64,000 bases of DNA, taken from positions 8,481-72,480 of the forward strand of contig JANXEN010000001.1 of assembly GCA_025058345.1 (NCBI GenBank), written 5' to 3'. This stretch comes from Sulfolobales archaeon. Lineage in GTDB: Archaea; Thermoproteota; Thermoprotei_A; Sulfolobales; NBVN01. Below the pieces are notes generated by a model. That model searched no databases, was not told the DNA's origin, and saw nothing but the letters and a program-made list of their open reading frames with translations. The position numbers and the translations under genes are program-made. Below, in pieces: positions 47,279-56,489 of the stretch; within the stretch, counting starts at the first letter, position 1; the number at the start of each line of letters is the position of its first letter.

Positions 47279-47361
47279 ACACCCCCTTATTAATTAGATG
47301 TAAGGCCTAAAAACTAGTTAATTATGATGGTGAAGTAATTCAACAGCAAACTACTTAGTAA

Positions 47362-48807
47362 CTAATACTTCTTAGCTAGCCTCATGATGGTGTTCGCCTT
47401 CGTTCCACAGACCGCGCAGTTATCTTCAACAACTTCAGCATCTAATGGAGTGCCTAGAGCGTCGCAGTCAAGAACCTCAACTAACTTTAACCCACACTCA
47501 TACCCGCCACACCACGGCAGTTCGATGATACCTCTCCCACTGCTCAGGAATTTTTTCGCCTCATCTATGTTGGTGAATCTCGTAATCTTAGATTTAAAGG
47601 TTTGCCAAGCTCTATTACTTAGGTTTTTATTATATTCGTCTGCGATTAATTCGATCTTCTCTAACAGCTCTTTAGACTCAACCTTAATTCTCTCTAAGGT
47701 ATCTCTCCTAAATAAGGTTACGTAACCCCCCTCCACTTCCTTAATACCTACTTCAACCCTTAACGGAACCCCTCTAAACTCCCAGTAGTAGAACTTCTCT
47801 CCAGGCCTTAATTCATCACGTAAATCCTCATAGACCTTGTAACCTCTGCTTGTAAGTGCTTCATATACGTTTCTTGAATATTTAAATACCTCATCCCGCG
47901 TCTCGGCCGTTATGAGAGGTATAATAACTATCTGTATTGGGGCAATGTGGAACGGTAGCACCAATCCTCTGCGGTCTCCGTGAACCGCAAACATTGATGC
48001 TAACGCACGCTCTGAAATTCCGTAACTTGTTTGCCATCCGTAATCAATGCTTCCATCACTTTTATGGATCCTCACTTCGAAAACCTTAGTGAAGTTCTGA
48101 CCTAAGTTATGTACAGTACCTATCTGAAGTGCTCTGCCGTCAGGGAGTAAAGTATCAAATGCTATGGTGTAGATAGCTCCTGCAAACTTATCCCACTCAG
48201 GCCGCTTAGATATTACGTAAGGGACGCCTAAGGAGTTAAAGAACTTACTGTAAACCTCTATAGCTTCAATAACCTGCCTTTCACAGTCGTTGAAGTCTTC
48301 ATGAAGTGTGTGCGCTTCTTTAAAAGTACTTACTTCCCTCACCCTAACCATTGCTCTAGTAGCCTTAGTCTCATACCTAAATATACTCACGACTTGGTAG
48401 TACTTCTTAGGTAGTTGCTTATAGCTCTTTATCCAGAAACTCTCTAAGTAAGTTAATGATGTTTCACTGGTAGGTCTTAACGCAAGTTTAACATCTAATG
48501 GTTCTAGACCCCCATGCGTTACCCAATACACTTGGTCTTCAAAACCTCTGATATGCTCAGATTCCTTCCCAATTATGTTTTCAGGTATAAGTAGCGGCAG
48601 TAAGATCTCCTCATGCCCCGTGCTATCAAGCAGCCCTCTAAGGACCTTCAACACGTTTTCCCTAATTTTAAAGCCGTAGGGTAGCCATACACCCATACCC
48701 TTAACCGGATATCTACCATAGTCATATACCTCTGCAGCCTCTAGAACATAGTCAAACCACTCTGAGAAGGACCTGCCAAGATCCCTATATATGTTATCCT
48801 CACTCAA
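47362..48807 (-). CDS. proS: Prolyl-tRNA synthetase (archaeal/eukaryotic type)
   Basis: 481 aa with class II motifs and the C-terminal Zn-binding domain 'CG..C......C..CG' ending in '...LAKKY'. Confidence 0.9.
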   Translation of the reverse strand: MSEDNIYRDLGRSFSEWFDYVLEAAEVYDYGRYPVKGMGVWLPYGFKIRENVLKVLRGLLDSTGHEEILLPLLIPENIIGKESEHIRGFEDQVYWVTHGGLEPLDVKLALRPTSETSLTYLESFWIKSYKQLPKKYYQVVSIFRYETKATRAMVRVREVSTFKEAHTLHEDFNDCERQVIEAIEVYSKFFNSLGVPYVISKRPEWDKFAGAIYTIAFDTLLPDGRALQIGTVHNLGQNFTKVFEVRIHKSDGSIDYGWQTSYGISERALASMFAVHGDRRGLVLPFHIAPIQIVIIPLITAETRDEVFKYSRNVYEALTSRGYKVYEDLRDELRPGEKFYYWEFRGVPLRVEVGIKEVEGGYVTLFRRDTLERIKVESKELLEKIELIADEYNKNLSNRAWQTFKSKITRFTNIDEAKKFLSSGRGIIELPWCGGYECGLKLVEVLDCDALGTPLDAEVVEDNCAVCGTKANTIMRLAKKY

Positions 48808-48939
48808 CCACTAACACCAAAACAACTAGTGAGAATAAATGATTTAAAAGTTAGCACCTCAGAAATAGTAAGTACTTACTAACCTTGAGTAAATCCTTAT
48901 AAACGCTAAAGATTAAAAAGACTGAAATAGTAAACATAC

Positions 48940-48948
48940 GGAGAGGTG
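48940..48948 (+). promoter_or_regulatory. Shine-Dalgarno-like element upstream of S26e
   Basis: 'GGAGAGGTG' ends 7 nt before the ACG codon that precedes the conserved 'PKKRE' N-terminus. Confidence 0.4.
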
Positions 48949-48955
48949 TTCAGCT

Positions 48956-49234
48956 ACGCCTAAGAAAAGGGAGAGCAGAGGTAGACATAAAGGCGGTAAG
49001 GGATCTGTAGGTGCCATACATTGCGATCAGTGTGGGAGGCTTACACCAGAAGATAAAGCTGTTTGCGTTACTAGAACTTACTCACCTGTCGACCCACAAC
49101 TAGCTAATGAATTAGAGAAGAAAGGTGCTATAATTGCTAAATACCCTATCACTAAGTGTTACTGCGTTAGCTGTGCAATATTTTTAGGCATAATTAAAGT
49201 TAGATCTGAGGATGAGAGGAAGGTAATTAGGTAA
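48956..49234 (+). CDS. rps26e: Ribosomal protein S26e (eS26), absent from the ORF track, apparently with a non-canonical ACG start
   Basis: Translation reads (ACG)[91 protein letters not shown]. This is collinear with archaeal S26e as I remember it. There is no in-frame ATG, GTG or TTG between the upstream stop (48923-25) and the stop at 49232-34. Confidence 0.8.
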   Translation, partial: TPKKRESRGRHKGGKGSVGAIHCDQCGRLTPEDKAVCVTRTYSPVDPQLANELEKKGAIIAKYPITKCYCVSCAIFLGIIKVRSEDERKVIR

Positions 49235-49247
49235 GTGGGGGGTAAGC

Positions 49248-49535
49248 ATGCGTATCCCAAAAAAACTTAATAGTTACTGCCCTAGATGTAAGACACATAG
49301 AGAACATAGCATTACTATATACAAGCATGGTAAACGCAGATCTTTGGCTGAGGGTGAAAGGAGGTATGCACGTAAGCAGGAAGGTTATGGCAGTAAGAGG
49401 AAGCCTGAACAGAAGAGATTTGCTAAGGTCACTAAGAAGGTAGTCCTTAAACTTAAGTGTTCGAAGTGTGGCTATATATCACATAGAAGAGGTATTAGGG
49501 TAAAGAAGGCTGAACTGGTTGAAGTGGTGAAATAG
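49248..49535 (+). CDS. rpl44e: Ribosomal protein L44e (eL42)
   Basis: 'YCPRCKTH..H' and 'KCSKCGY' zinc ribbon, in a very basic 95-aa protein. Confidence 0.9.
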   Translation: MRIPKKLNSYCPRCKTHREHSITIYKHGKRRSLAEGERRYARKQEGYGSKRKPEQKRFAKVTKKVVLKLKCSKCGYISHRRGIRVKKAELVEVVK

Positions 49536-49733
49536 ATGAAGAAGAGGAAGACTTTAATACCTATGCCTAGGTCTAAATTCGTAAAGGTTAGATGCCCGTC
49601 ATGTGGTAACGAACAAGTAATTTTCGACCACGCCACATTCCCATCGAGATGCTTGGTGTGTGGGGTAGTTCTTGTAGTGCCTTCAGGCGGTAAATCTAAG
49701 ATATTAGGTGAATTAATTAAGATCATGAGTTGA
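49536..49733 (+). CDS. rps27e: Ribosomal protein S27e (eS27)
   Basis: 65 aa. '[19 protein letters not shown]....CLVCG'. Confidence 0.9.
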   Translation: MKKRKTLIPMPRSKFVKVRCPSCGNEQVIFDHATFPSRCLVCGVVLVVPSGGKSKILGELIKIMS

Positions 49734-49737
49734 TTCA

Positions 49738-50541
49738 ATGGTAAGGAAACGCAGCGAATTACCTGAAGTTGGTGATTTAGTAGTAGGAACTATTGCTAAG
49801 ACTTTCGAGTATGGAGCCTATGTACGCTTAGAAGAGTATGGAGGTCATGAGGCATACCTACCTTGGAGTGAGGTAAGTAGTAAGTGGGTTAGGGATGTTA
49901 AGGAATTTGTTAAGGAAGGCCAGAAGGTTGTAGCTAAAGTTATTAGAGTCGATAGAAGGAAGAAACATGTCGATATATCCCTTAAGAGAGTCAGCGATAG
50001 CGAGCAGAGAAGAAAGTTACTTGAGTGGAAGAGAGCTCAAAGAGCTGAGAAGTTACTTGAAGTTGTAGCACCAAAAATAGGTAAGACGTTAGATGATGCA
50101 TATAGAGAAGTTGGTTGGAAGTTAGAGGATGTCTACGGTGAGATCTTCGCAGGTCTAGAATTAACGGCATATCAGGGTGAGGATGTGCTTAAGAAGGCTG
50201 GAGTTTCTGATGAGTGGATACCGCCTATAATGGAGGAGTTGAAGAAGCATATAGAGGTAAAGAAAGTTAAGATTCAGGGGCTGCTAATGCTTACATGCAC
50301 AGAACCTGATGGGGTAGCTAGAATAAAGGAAGTACTTCAAAGACCGTTGGAGTTACTTAGTAAGGAATTAGATAGAAACACGTTCATCAAGGTCTACACC
50401 ATAGGGGCTCCTAGATACCGGGTAGAGGTAGTAACTACAGACTACAAATATGCTGAGAAACTCTTAAATCAATACACATCTACAGCGCAGGACACCGCTA
50501 AAGAACTTAACGTCAACTACAGTTTTGAGAGGGAACGCTAA
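49738..50541 (+). CDS. Translation initiation factor aIF2 alpha subunit
   Basis: N-terminal S1 domain 'LPEVGDLVVGTI....GAYVRLEEY.GHEAYLPWSEVSS.WVR'. 267 aa. It has the conserved position after L44e and S27e. Confidence 0.9.
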   Translation: MVRKRSELPEVGDLVVGTIAKTFEYGAYVRLEEYGGHEAYLPWSEVSSKWVRDVKEFVKEGQKVVAKVIRVDRRKKHVDISLKRVSDSEQRRKLLEWKRAQRAEKLLEVVAPKIGKTLDDAYREVGWKLEDVYGEIFAGLELTAYQGEDVLKKAGVSDEWIPPIMEELKKHIEVKKVKIQGLLMLTCTEPDGVARIKEVLQRPLELLSKELDRNTFIKVYTIGAPRYRVEVVTTDYKYAEKLLNQYTSTAQDTAKELNVNYSFERER

Positions 50542-50552
50542 CGCATTGGCTA

Positions 50553-50705
50553 TTGCGTAAGTGCGTCAAATGCGGAGTATATACGTTAAATGAAGCCTGC
50601 CCTAAATGCAGTTTGAAAACAACCGTAGCCCATCCACCTAAGTTTTCACCAAATGACAAATACGTAAGACATAGGATAATACTTAAATCTATGTCTAATG
50701 ATTAA
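50553..50705 (+). CDS. nop10: H/ACA RNP protein Nop10 (50 aa, below the ORF-track cutoff)
   Basis: TTG start. '(M)RKCVKCGVYTLNEACPKCSLKTTVAHPPKFSPNDKYVRHRI' is the Nop10 zinc ribbon plus the 'AHPP.FSP.D.Y' motif. It has the conserved position after aIF2 alpha. Confidence 0.8.
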   Translation: MRKCVKCGVYTLNEACPKCSLKTTVAHPPKFSPNDKYVRHRIILKSMSND

Positions 50706-50706
50706 T

Positions 50707-51249
50707 TCACCAAGGAACGTCCTTAATCTTAAAGACGTATGCTATAAGATTCGTCATAGGATGAAGTATTAAAGATATAGATATAGCTACTAATAAATTC
50801 CATAAATCTAAGGAAACATCAATTAACGAATCAATACCTAACCATTTAATTATGAAGAACGAACCAAGTAAATAGTCTATCTGGTCGAACGGTGGGAATG
50901 GTGCACCACCACGCATACCGAGCCTACGCTTCACAAATGCGTTAATTAAGTCACCTAATAAAGCCCCTAAACCCATTGAAAATCCGTATAGGAACCATAA
51001 AGCGTTTTTAGAGATGAAGACGTAGCAAAGCCCCAGAGAGGAGCCACCGATAAGACCTAGTGTAAACCCCTCCCAAGTCTTACCATCACCTAATATTCTC
51101 CTACCGTCAATGAAGTTCCTATAGAAATCTATAGGGTGTTTATTTCTGAATAACACTCTTGTAAGAACAGGTAACGCGTTAGTCACCATTGCTGGGAGGA
51201 AAAGAATTAGAGACCATACAATCATCGCTACAGTTCCGTCAATGCCCAT
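50707..51249 (-). CDS. carS: CDP-archaeol synthase (CarS, DUF46)
   Basis: 'HPIDFYRNFIDGRRILGDGKTWEGF', 'GDL..AF.KRRLG' and the C-terminal '...IKDVPW' match CarS as I remember it. Confidence 0.75.
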   Translation of the reverse strand: MGIDGTVAMIVWSLILFLPAMVTNALPVLTRVLFRNKHPIDFYRNFIDGRRILGDGKTWEGFTLGLIGGSSLGLCYVFISKNALWFLYGFSMGLGALLGDLINAFVKRRLGMRGGAPFPPFDQIDYLLGSFFIIKWLGIDSLIDVSLDLWNLLVAISISLILHPMTNLIAYVFKIKDVPW

Positions 51250-51832
51250 AGCTCAACAACTCAATCCCTTTGCTGGTGATTGTGTATCTTACCTCTAAGT
51301 TAACTTCATCAGGTAACTCTATAAATAATCCTCTCATGCTGCCTTCAAGTCTATCTAACCTTATAACGTTATCGCACCAATACTTAAGTACTTGAAAACC
51401 ACTCATCTTAACCTCATCATCGAACCCCCTGACCTGAGCTGTAAGTAGGCAGGTCACACCGTATTTAAGACTCATGTCGCATAAGAAGGCTAACATAGCA
51501 TTAAATACCCTACCAGCATTAGCGTCATAACCCACCTCAGATCTATAGAAGTTATTAACGGTATCTATCGCTACTGCCTTCAGTTCCCTTCCCACATTTC
51601 CATAGACTTTAAGTATTAACTGGAGTAAACTATTGCTGTCATATACCTCTGAAAACAGGGCGTTATCCTTGAACGGATATCTACTTAAGGCGGCTGAATA
51701 AAGCGGCCCTTCAGTACTTATATACAGGACCTCCCCCTTCGAGGAAGCAGATATGTTACTTAAGAGCCATAAAACTACATTAGTCTTACCGACTCCGGCC
51801 TCACCATATATCAGTGAGACCTTACCCTCCAC
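51239..51832 (-). CDS. RecA-superfamily ATPase (RadA paralogue / KaiC-like single domain)
   Basis: Walker A 'GEAGVGKTN' and Walker B-like 'AVAIDTV'. 197 aa with no HhH domain. Confidence 0.6.
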   Translation of the reverse strand: MEGKVSLIYGEAGVGKTNVVLWLLSNISASSKGEVLYISTEGPLYSAALSRYPFKDNALFSEVYDSNSLLQLILKVYGNVGRELKAVAIDTVNNFYRSEVGYDANAGRVFNAMLAFLCDMSLKYGVTCLLTAQVRGFDDEVKMSGFQVLKYWCDNVIRLDRLEGSMRGLFIELPDEVNLEVRYTITSKGIELLSYGH

Positions 51833-52089
51833 TATTCTAATAATTTCGTAGGCCTTGATAGTACCACCCTAAACCTCTAACAAGTTTACTTTCGATAAAC
51901 TTTATTATAAGACGCTTAAATAATTAACACGGTGGTCACATAACCAGATATCGTAGTAAGAGACTTCACGTTGCTGCGTTCATATACGATCCTAGAGTAC
52001 TTATTAGTTTATTAAACATAGTTAGGCAGTATGACATAGAGTTATTTACACCCGACGACCTACAGATCATCAAGGACCTAAGGGATACG

Positions 52090-52593
52090 TTGCTTGTAGA
52101 TGAGGAAGGATTAGAAGTGCTAAAGAGCCACAACATATATCCTAACAACTACTATTTGATAAATGATGATGCGTCAATATATAGATTCATAACTAAGGCC
52201 TTCGGTATTAAGGAAGTTAAAGTACTTCAGGTTGGGTTAGATGTAGGTAGGAGGTTAGCATACGCTATACTCTGCGATAATTTACTACTTAAGGCAGGAT
52301 ATATATCAAGACCTAAGGATTTGATAGAAACTGTGGTGAGGTTTAGGGACTACTTAATGCCAGATAAAGTTGTAGTAAAGCTCGGTAATTCAAGCGGTGT
52401 ATTAAGTCAAAAATTAGAGACACTCTTAAAGGATTTAATTCTATTCGGGTTTGAAGTAGTAGTAGCGGATGAAAGTAACTCCTCTGCTAAAGTTTGGAAT
52501 ACGTTAATGGGTTATAAGACGAGGTTCACCACAGATATACATGCAGCCCTGAACATAGCTTTTAGAGAGGGCGTTAAGGTCAGCAAAGTATAG
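52090..52593 (+). CDS. YqgF/RuvX-like RNase H-fold nuclease (N-terminus uncertain)
   Basis: 'VGLDVGRRLAYAI', 'VVVKLGNSSG' and 'VVVADESNSSAKV...DIHAALNI' parallel RuvX 'GLD.G..R.GVA', 'VGLP' and 'DER.ST..A...D..AA..IL'. The frame stays open 54 codons upstream of TTG 52090 with no canonical start. Confidence 0.5.
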   Translation: MLVDEEGLEVLKSHNIYPNNYYLINDDASIYRFITKAFGIKEVKVLQVGLDVGRRLAYAILCDNLLLKAGYISRPKDLIETVVRFRDYLMPDKVVVKLGNSSGVLSQKLETLLKDLILFGFEVVVADESNSSAKVWNTLMGYKTRFTTDIHAALNIAFREGVKVSKV

Positions 52594-53439
52594 TCACTTA
52601 AAGTAATCATCCCGAAGCGTAGAGTAAATCTTTATGATGGTTTCCACTGGCAATTGATAAACCCTCTTACCCTCAATTAACGTCCCTAACTCAATATTTA
52701 ACTTATTTATTAAGTCCTCACCTAAACAGCTCTTTAACACTTTTTTGGCCAACTTCCGCTTCTGGTTGAATAAACACCTAACAAATTCCTCATAAGCTCT
52801 CCAACTACGGTTCCATTCCCTAAGCCTCCTTAGCACAACAACTCTGGAGTAAACCTTAGGATGTGGAATGAAGGAAGTTGGTGGGTATACACCTCCTAGC
52901 TGAACAGTCATGAACGTATTAACCATAACTGTCAGCCTGCTGTAAGGTTTGCTGCCAGGCACCGCAACCAGGCGTTCAGCAACCTCTTTCTGAATCGTCA
53001 ACACCGCTGCCCTACAATTAGATTTTATGATGGAGTTTATTAGAGGGCCTGTTATGCTGTAAGGAACGTTAGAAGCTATTACATCGGGATCCCTCAACGC
53101 AGACCTAACCAAGAGAACCCCATCACCAACTAAGGTTTCTACGAAATCTACACATGCTTCTTTAGAAAGGTAATCCCTAGCAGCCTTAGCTAACGAACTA
53201 TCTAACTCTACGGTTACTACGTATCTAGAAGAACTGCTTAAAAATGCGGTAAGAATCACTAATCCAGTACCGACCTCTACTATTTTAGTAGGCTTAAGCT
53301 CGGTAACGTATTGTAAAATCTCGTCTAATAAACTGTAATCTACCACAAAATGCTGACTTAACCTCTTTCTCACTTTAACCCCATACAGACGTATCAAATC
53401 CTTAGTGACTGACTCCAGGTCACGATATCGACTCCTCAT
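52594..53439 (-). CDS. ksgA: 16S rRNA (adenine1518/1519-N6) dimethyltransferase KsgA/Dim1
   Basis: 'LSQHFVVD', 'VEVGTGLV' and 'ASNVPYSITGPL' motifs. Confidence 0.85.
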   Translation of the reverse strand: MRSRYRDLESVTKDLIRLYGVKVRKRLSQHFVVDYSLLDEILQYVTELKPTKIVEVGTGLVILTAFLSSSSRYVVTVELDSSLAKAARDYLSKEACVDFVETLVGDGVLLVRSALRDPDVIASNVPYSITGPLINSIIKSNCRAAVLTIQKEVAERLVAVPGSKPYSRLTVMVNTFMTVQLGGVYPPTSFIPHPKVYSRVVVLRRLREWNRSWRAYEEFVRCLFNQKRKLAKKVLKSCLGEDLINKLNIELGTLIEGKRVYQLPVETIIKIYSTLRDDYFK

Positions 53440-53676
53440 GTCACTACACGTACTACATGAAAATACTTAATAACCAATATATGCTTAAGCCATAGTTTCA
53501 TCATAAGTAATTACTGCCTATAAAAGCTCTTAAACGATTTTAGAGTTAACGTTCATTCATCATAACATAGCATTAAGCTGCAGCCAACAATAACTCCTAA
53601 GGATGGAGTGCATTCAACAATCGCTAAATCATCACCAAATTTATTAGTTTTTAAAATGTTTAGTTTTTGATGAGTA

Positions 53677-54342
53677 TTGACTGCTGAAGAAAGGGTTCTA
53701 GATTATTTAAAGACCCATCCGGGAGCTACGCCTAGAGAAGTAGCTGATGCGTTAGGGATGAGTCTAACCTCCGTTAGAATTGCCATCAATAGGCTTAGGG
53801 AGTTAGGGCAAGTCGTTAGAGGCAGTAGAGGCGGTTACTTAGTTAGGGTTGGTGCTGACGTCATATTCCCTCATGATCACCTAAGTAATACAGCACTACA
53901 TACGCGTGAGGGTAATATATCGCAGAAAATAAATGAATTGCTGACTAAGGTTAGTGATTTAGAGGTAAGGGTTAGGAAATTAGAAGATGACGTTAAATAC
54001 ATTAAGAAATCAATACCTAAAATGCCTGCAAGACATCCATCACTCAACAAAAATTTAGATAAACTCCTTTCAACCGTAAAGTCTAGAGGGGTTATAACGG
54101 TTAATGAGGCTTTGGAATTAACTGATAAGCCGCTGGAGAACTACATAAGTAGGGAGAAAGTGATACTTATTGGTGACCTTTTAGTACATCCTGAATTTTT
54201 AAGTTCTTTCAAATCTAAATTCCCTATTAAAGTATCTGATATAAATAGCCTTAGTGATGGGGAATTAAAACTTCTTGAAGCACTGATTAAGACTAACCAA
54301 GTCTACCTATTTTCAGGATTAGAGTATAGGTTTCTTGATTAG
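53677..54342 (+). CDS. Winged-helix DNA-binding protein with coiled-coil (putative regulator)
   Basis: TTG start. N-terminal 'VLDYLKTHPGATPREVADALGMSLTSVRIAINRLRELGQV' (wHTH), followed by a coiled-coil segment. Confidence 0.5.
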   Translation: MTAEERVLDYLKTHPGATPREVADALGMSLTSVRIAINRLRELGQVVRGSRGGYLVRVGADVIFPHDHLSNTALHTREGNISQKINELLTKVSDLEVRVRKLEDDVKYIKKSIPKMPARHPSLNKNLDKLLSTVKSRGVITVNEALELTDKPLENYISREKVILIGDLLVHPEFLSSFKSKFPIKVSDINSLSDGELKLLEALIKTNQVYLFSGLEYRFLD

Positions 54343-55112
54343 ATCTTCCCCGCAAGTAGGTCTTGAATTAACTTAACTGATCTATCTAAAATTGAGTTAA
54401 CTAAAACCATACCTTTTTCATACGTGGATTTTTCAGGACTTCCATAACTACCTGGGGATCTCCTAACGCCTTCAAATCTATAGACGTATAACTTAGGCCT
54501 TTTAGTCAGGTCTAGGCTATGCCAGAAATCATCATACTTCCTATCAATGGAGGAACTAACTATCTTCTCATGAATTACTCTAATACCTAAGGCCATAGCA
54601 ACACTTGTTTCGACCTCATCCGCGTGGTAGAATTTACTTTCAAATACATCATTAATTAAGTCACCTACCAATTCCCACCAAGAAGTGACTACCACTACTG
54701 AATCACTACCTACATCATTAACGACCCTCCTAGCAACAATTCTTAGCGCATCAGCGTTACCTGCATGACCGTTAAATATTAAAACTTTACTGATGCCGCA
54801 TCTTATTATAGACTTAATTAAGTCGTATAAGTAGTTAATGAAGGACTCATCACTTACTTCTAACGTTCCGGGGTTACCTGACCACATACTACTTAATCCG
54901 TAAGGTATCGATGGAAGTTTAATTACCTTAAAACCTAAGTTATTAGCCTTCACCACCAATTTCCTAGATATTTCATCAACTATTAGGTAATCAAGACCTA
55001 AGGGTAGATGCATTCCATGCTGTTCAACACTACCAATAGGTAAAAGCGCTACGGTAGAGCTATCAACCAATTCCTCAAACTCTACCCAAGTAATCTGATC
55101 CCAGAATACCAT
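54339..55112 (-). CDS. Creatininase-family amidohydrolase (ArfB-like deformylase family)
   Basis: 'LPIGSVEQHGMHLPLGLD', 'NGHAGN' and 'HADEVETS' metal-site motifs. Confidence 0.8.
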   Translation of the reverse strand: MVFWDQITWVEFEELVDSSTVALLPIGSVEQHGMHLPLGLDYLIVDEISRKLVVKANNLGFKVIKLPSIPYGLSSMWSGNPGTLEVSDESFINYLYDLIKSIIRCGISKVLIFNGHAGNADALRIVARRVVNDVGSDSVVVVTSWWELVGDLINDVFESKFYHADEVETSVAMALGIRVIHEKIVSSSIDRKYDDFWHSLDLTKRPKLYVYRFEGVRRSPGSYGSPEKSTYEKGMVLVNSILDRSVKLIQDLLAGKI

Positions 55113-55119
55113 CTAATCA

Positions 55120-56394
55120 CTATAAGGTAAGACTTGCTTTAATACTTTCCATGAGATCATGCCCTACTTTAAACGCGTACTTAACCTCATTAAAATTACT
55201 CCTGAATTCCATAACTTTCTTCCTAATCTCTCTAACATCCTTACGTTCTACGAGTAATTCCCTCATAAACCGTGCTATTTCCTTAAAATCTGACTCTACC
55301 GCCCCATACCTAGTCATCTCCTGAGTCCCTAATCTTATCCCGCTTGGGTTCTTAACAGCATCAGGGGGATCCCACGGAAGTAAGTTCTTGTTAACTATTA
55401 TGTTAGCTGATTCAAGTTCATCAGCAACTTTAGAACCCCCACCTAACTTAGTTACATCAACTACTATCATATGTGACTTAGTGAAACCCATGTTCTCAGC
55501 AAGTACTTCAAATCCCTCAGAACTTAAAGATTCAGCGAAAGCTTTAGCGTTTCTGACGATTTGATCAGCATAATCCTCACCGAAGTACTTCATCTCGATA
55601 GCGGTTACGGCTAGGGCCGGCAACCTATGTAGGTGATGATTACTTATAAACCACGGGAAGATGACCCTTGAAATCGATTTATATAGTTCGTTGTCGTTGG
55701 TGAAAATTACGCCTCCCTGAGGACCGGGAAACGTCTTATGTGTTGAAGATGTACATACGTCAGCTCCCTCATGTATCGGATTAGGCCATCTCTTACCGAC
55801 TATAAGACCTAGTACGTGAGCCACATCATGAACTACGAACGCACCAACTTCATGCGCCGCATCTACTATGTCCTTAGTTGGGTGAGGGAATAAGTAGACG
55901 CTAGCCCCTAATGTAACGAACTTAGGCTTCATTTCATAGATCATTTTCTTCGCCTTATCTACATCTATATTCCATACATCTCTATCGAAAGGCATCTCCA
56001 CATGCTCTATACCTAAAGCACCTAACGTACCGAACTTAGTGTGTGATACGTGGGCACCGGCCTGAACAGGAGCTATTAAAGCTCTATCCCCTGGATCGCC
56101 TAACACCCTAAACACCGTTGCATTAGCTATAGTACCACTTACAGGTCTAGGCTCTACGAAGTTAACGTTGAGTAACGTACTTAGTAATTCTGAAACCATC
56201 AACTCTACAATATCTACGAATTTAGTTCCTTGGTAGTACCGCTTACCGGGTCTACCCTCAGCATATCTATGCATCATATCTGTAAGGTAAGCGGATTCCG
56301 CTAATGGAGACATAACGTTTTCAGAAGCTATTAAATTTATGCACTCAAACCTCCTCCACCTATTATGAGACTTAACCACTTCAATCAATTTCAT
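55120..56394 (-). CDS. glyA: Serine hydroxymethyltransferase
   Basis: 'NLIASEN', '[11 protein letters not shown]' and '[14 protein letters not shown]' (PLP lysine). Confidence 0.9.
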   Translation of the reverse strand: MKLIEVVKSHNRWRRFECINLIASENVMSPLAESAYLTDMMHRYAEGRPGKRYYQGTKFVDIVELMVSELLSTLLNVNFVEPRPVSGTIANATVFRVLGDPGDRALIAPVQAGAHVSHTKFGTLGALGIEHVEMPFDRDVWNIDVDKAKKMIYEMKPKFVTLGASVYLFPHPTKDIVDAAHEVGAFVVHDVAHVLGLIVGKRWPNPIHEGADVCTSSTHKTFPGPQGGVIFTNDNELYKSISRVIFPWFISNHHLHRLPALAVTAIEMKYFGEDYADQIVRNAKAFAESLSSEGFEVLAENMGFTKSHMIVVDVTKLGGGSKVADELESANIIVNKNLLPWDPPDAVKNPSGIRLGTQEMTRYGAVESDFKEIARFMRELLVERKDVREIRKKVMEFRSNFNEVKYAFKVGHDLMESIKASLTL

Positions 56395-56489
56395 CAGTTC
56401 ATTAGGTAAGCTAATTCCACATCACCTAAACCTTTCACTCTTAATCTATAATTTATACTTTATTAACTGTTAAGTAACGTAGTGTTCAA

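Noticed and set aside
53440-53676. 237-nt intergenic region with several TCATCA/TGATGA words, screened for sRNAs or small ORFs
   Set aside because: No CUGA boxes occur at 10-12-nt spacing on either strand, and only a 12-codon ORF is present. It is most simply two divergent AT-rich promoters.
53655-53690. 'TTGATGA'...10 nt...'CTGA' on the plus strand resembling half of a C/D sRNA
   Set aside because: It overlaps the start codon region of the winged-helix gene. It has no second box pair, and the C box lacks the leading purine.
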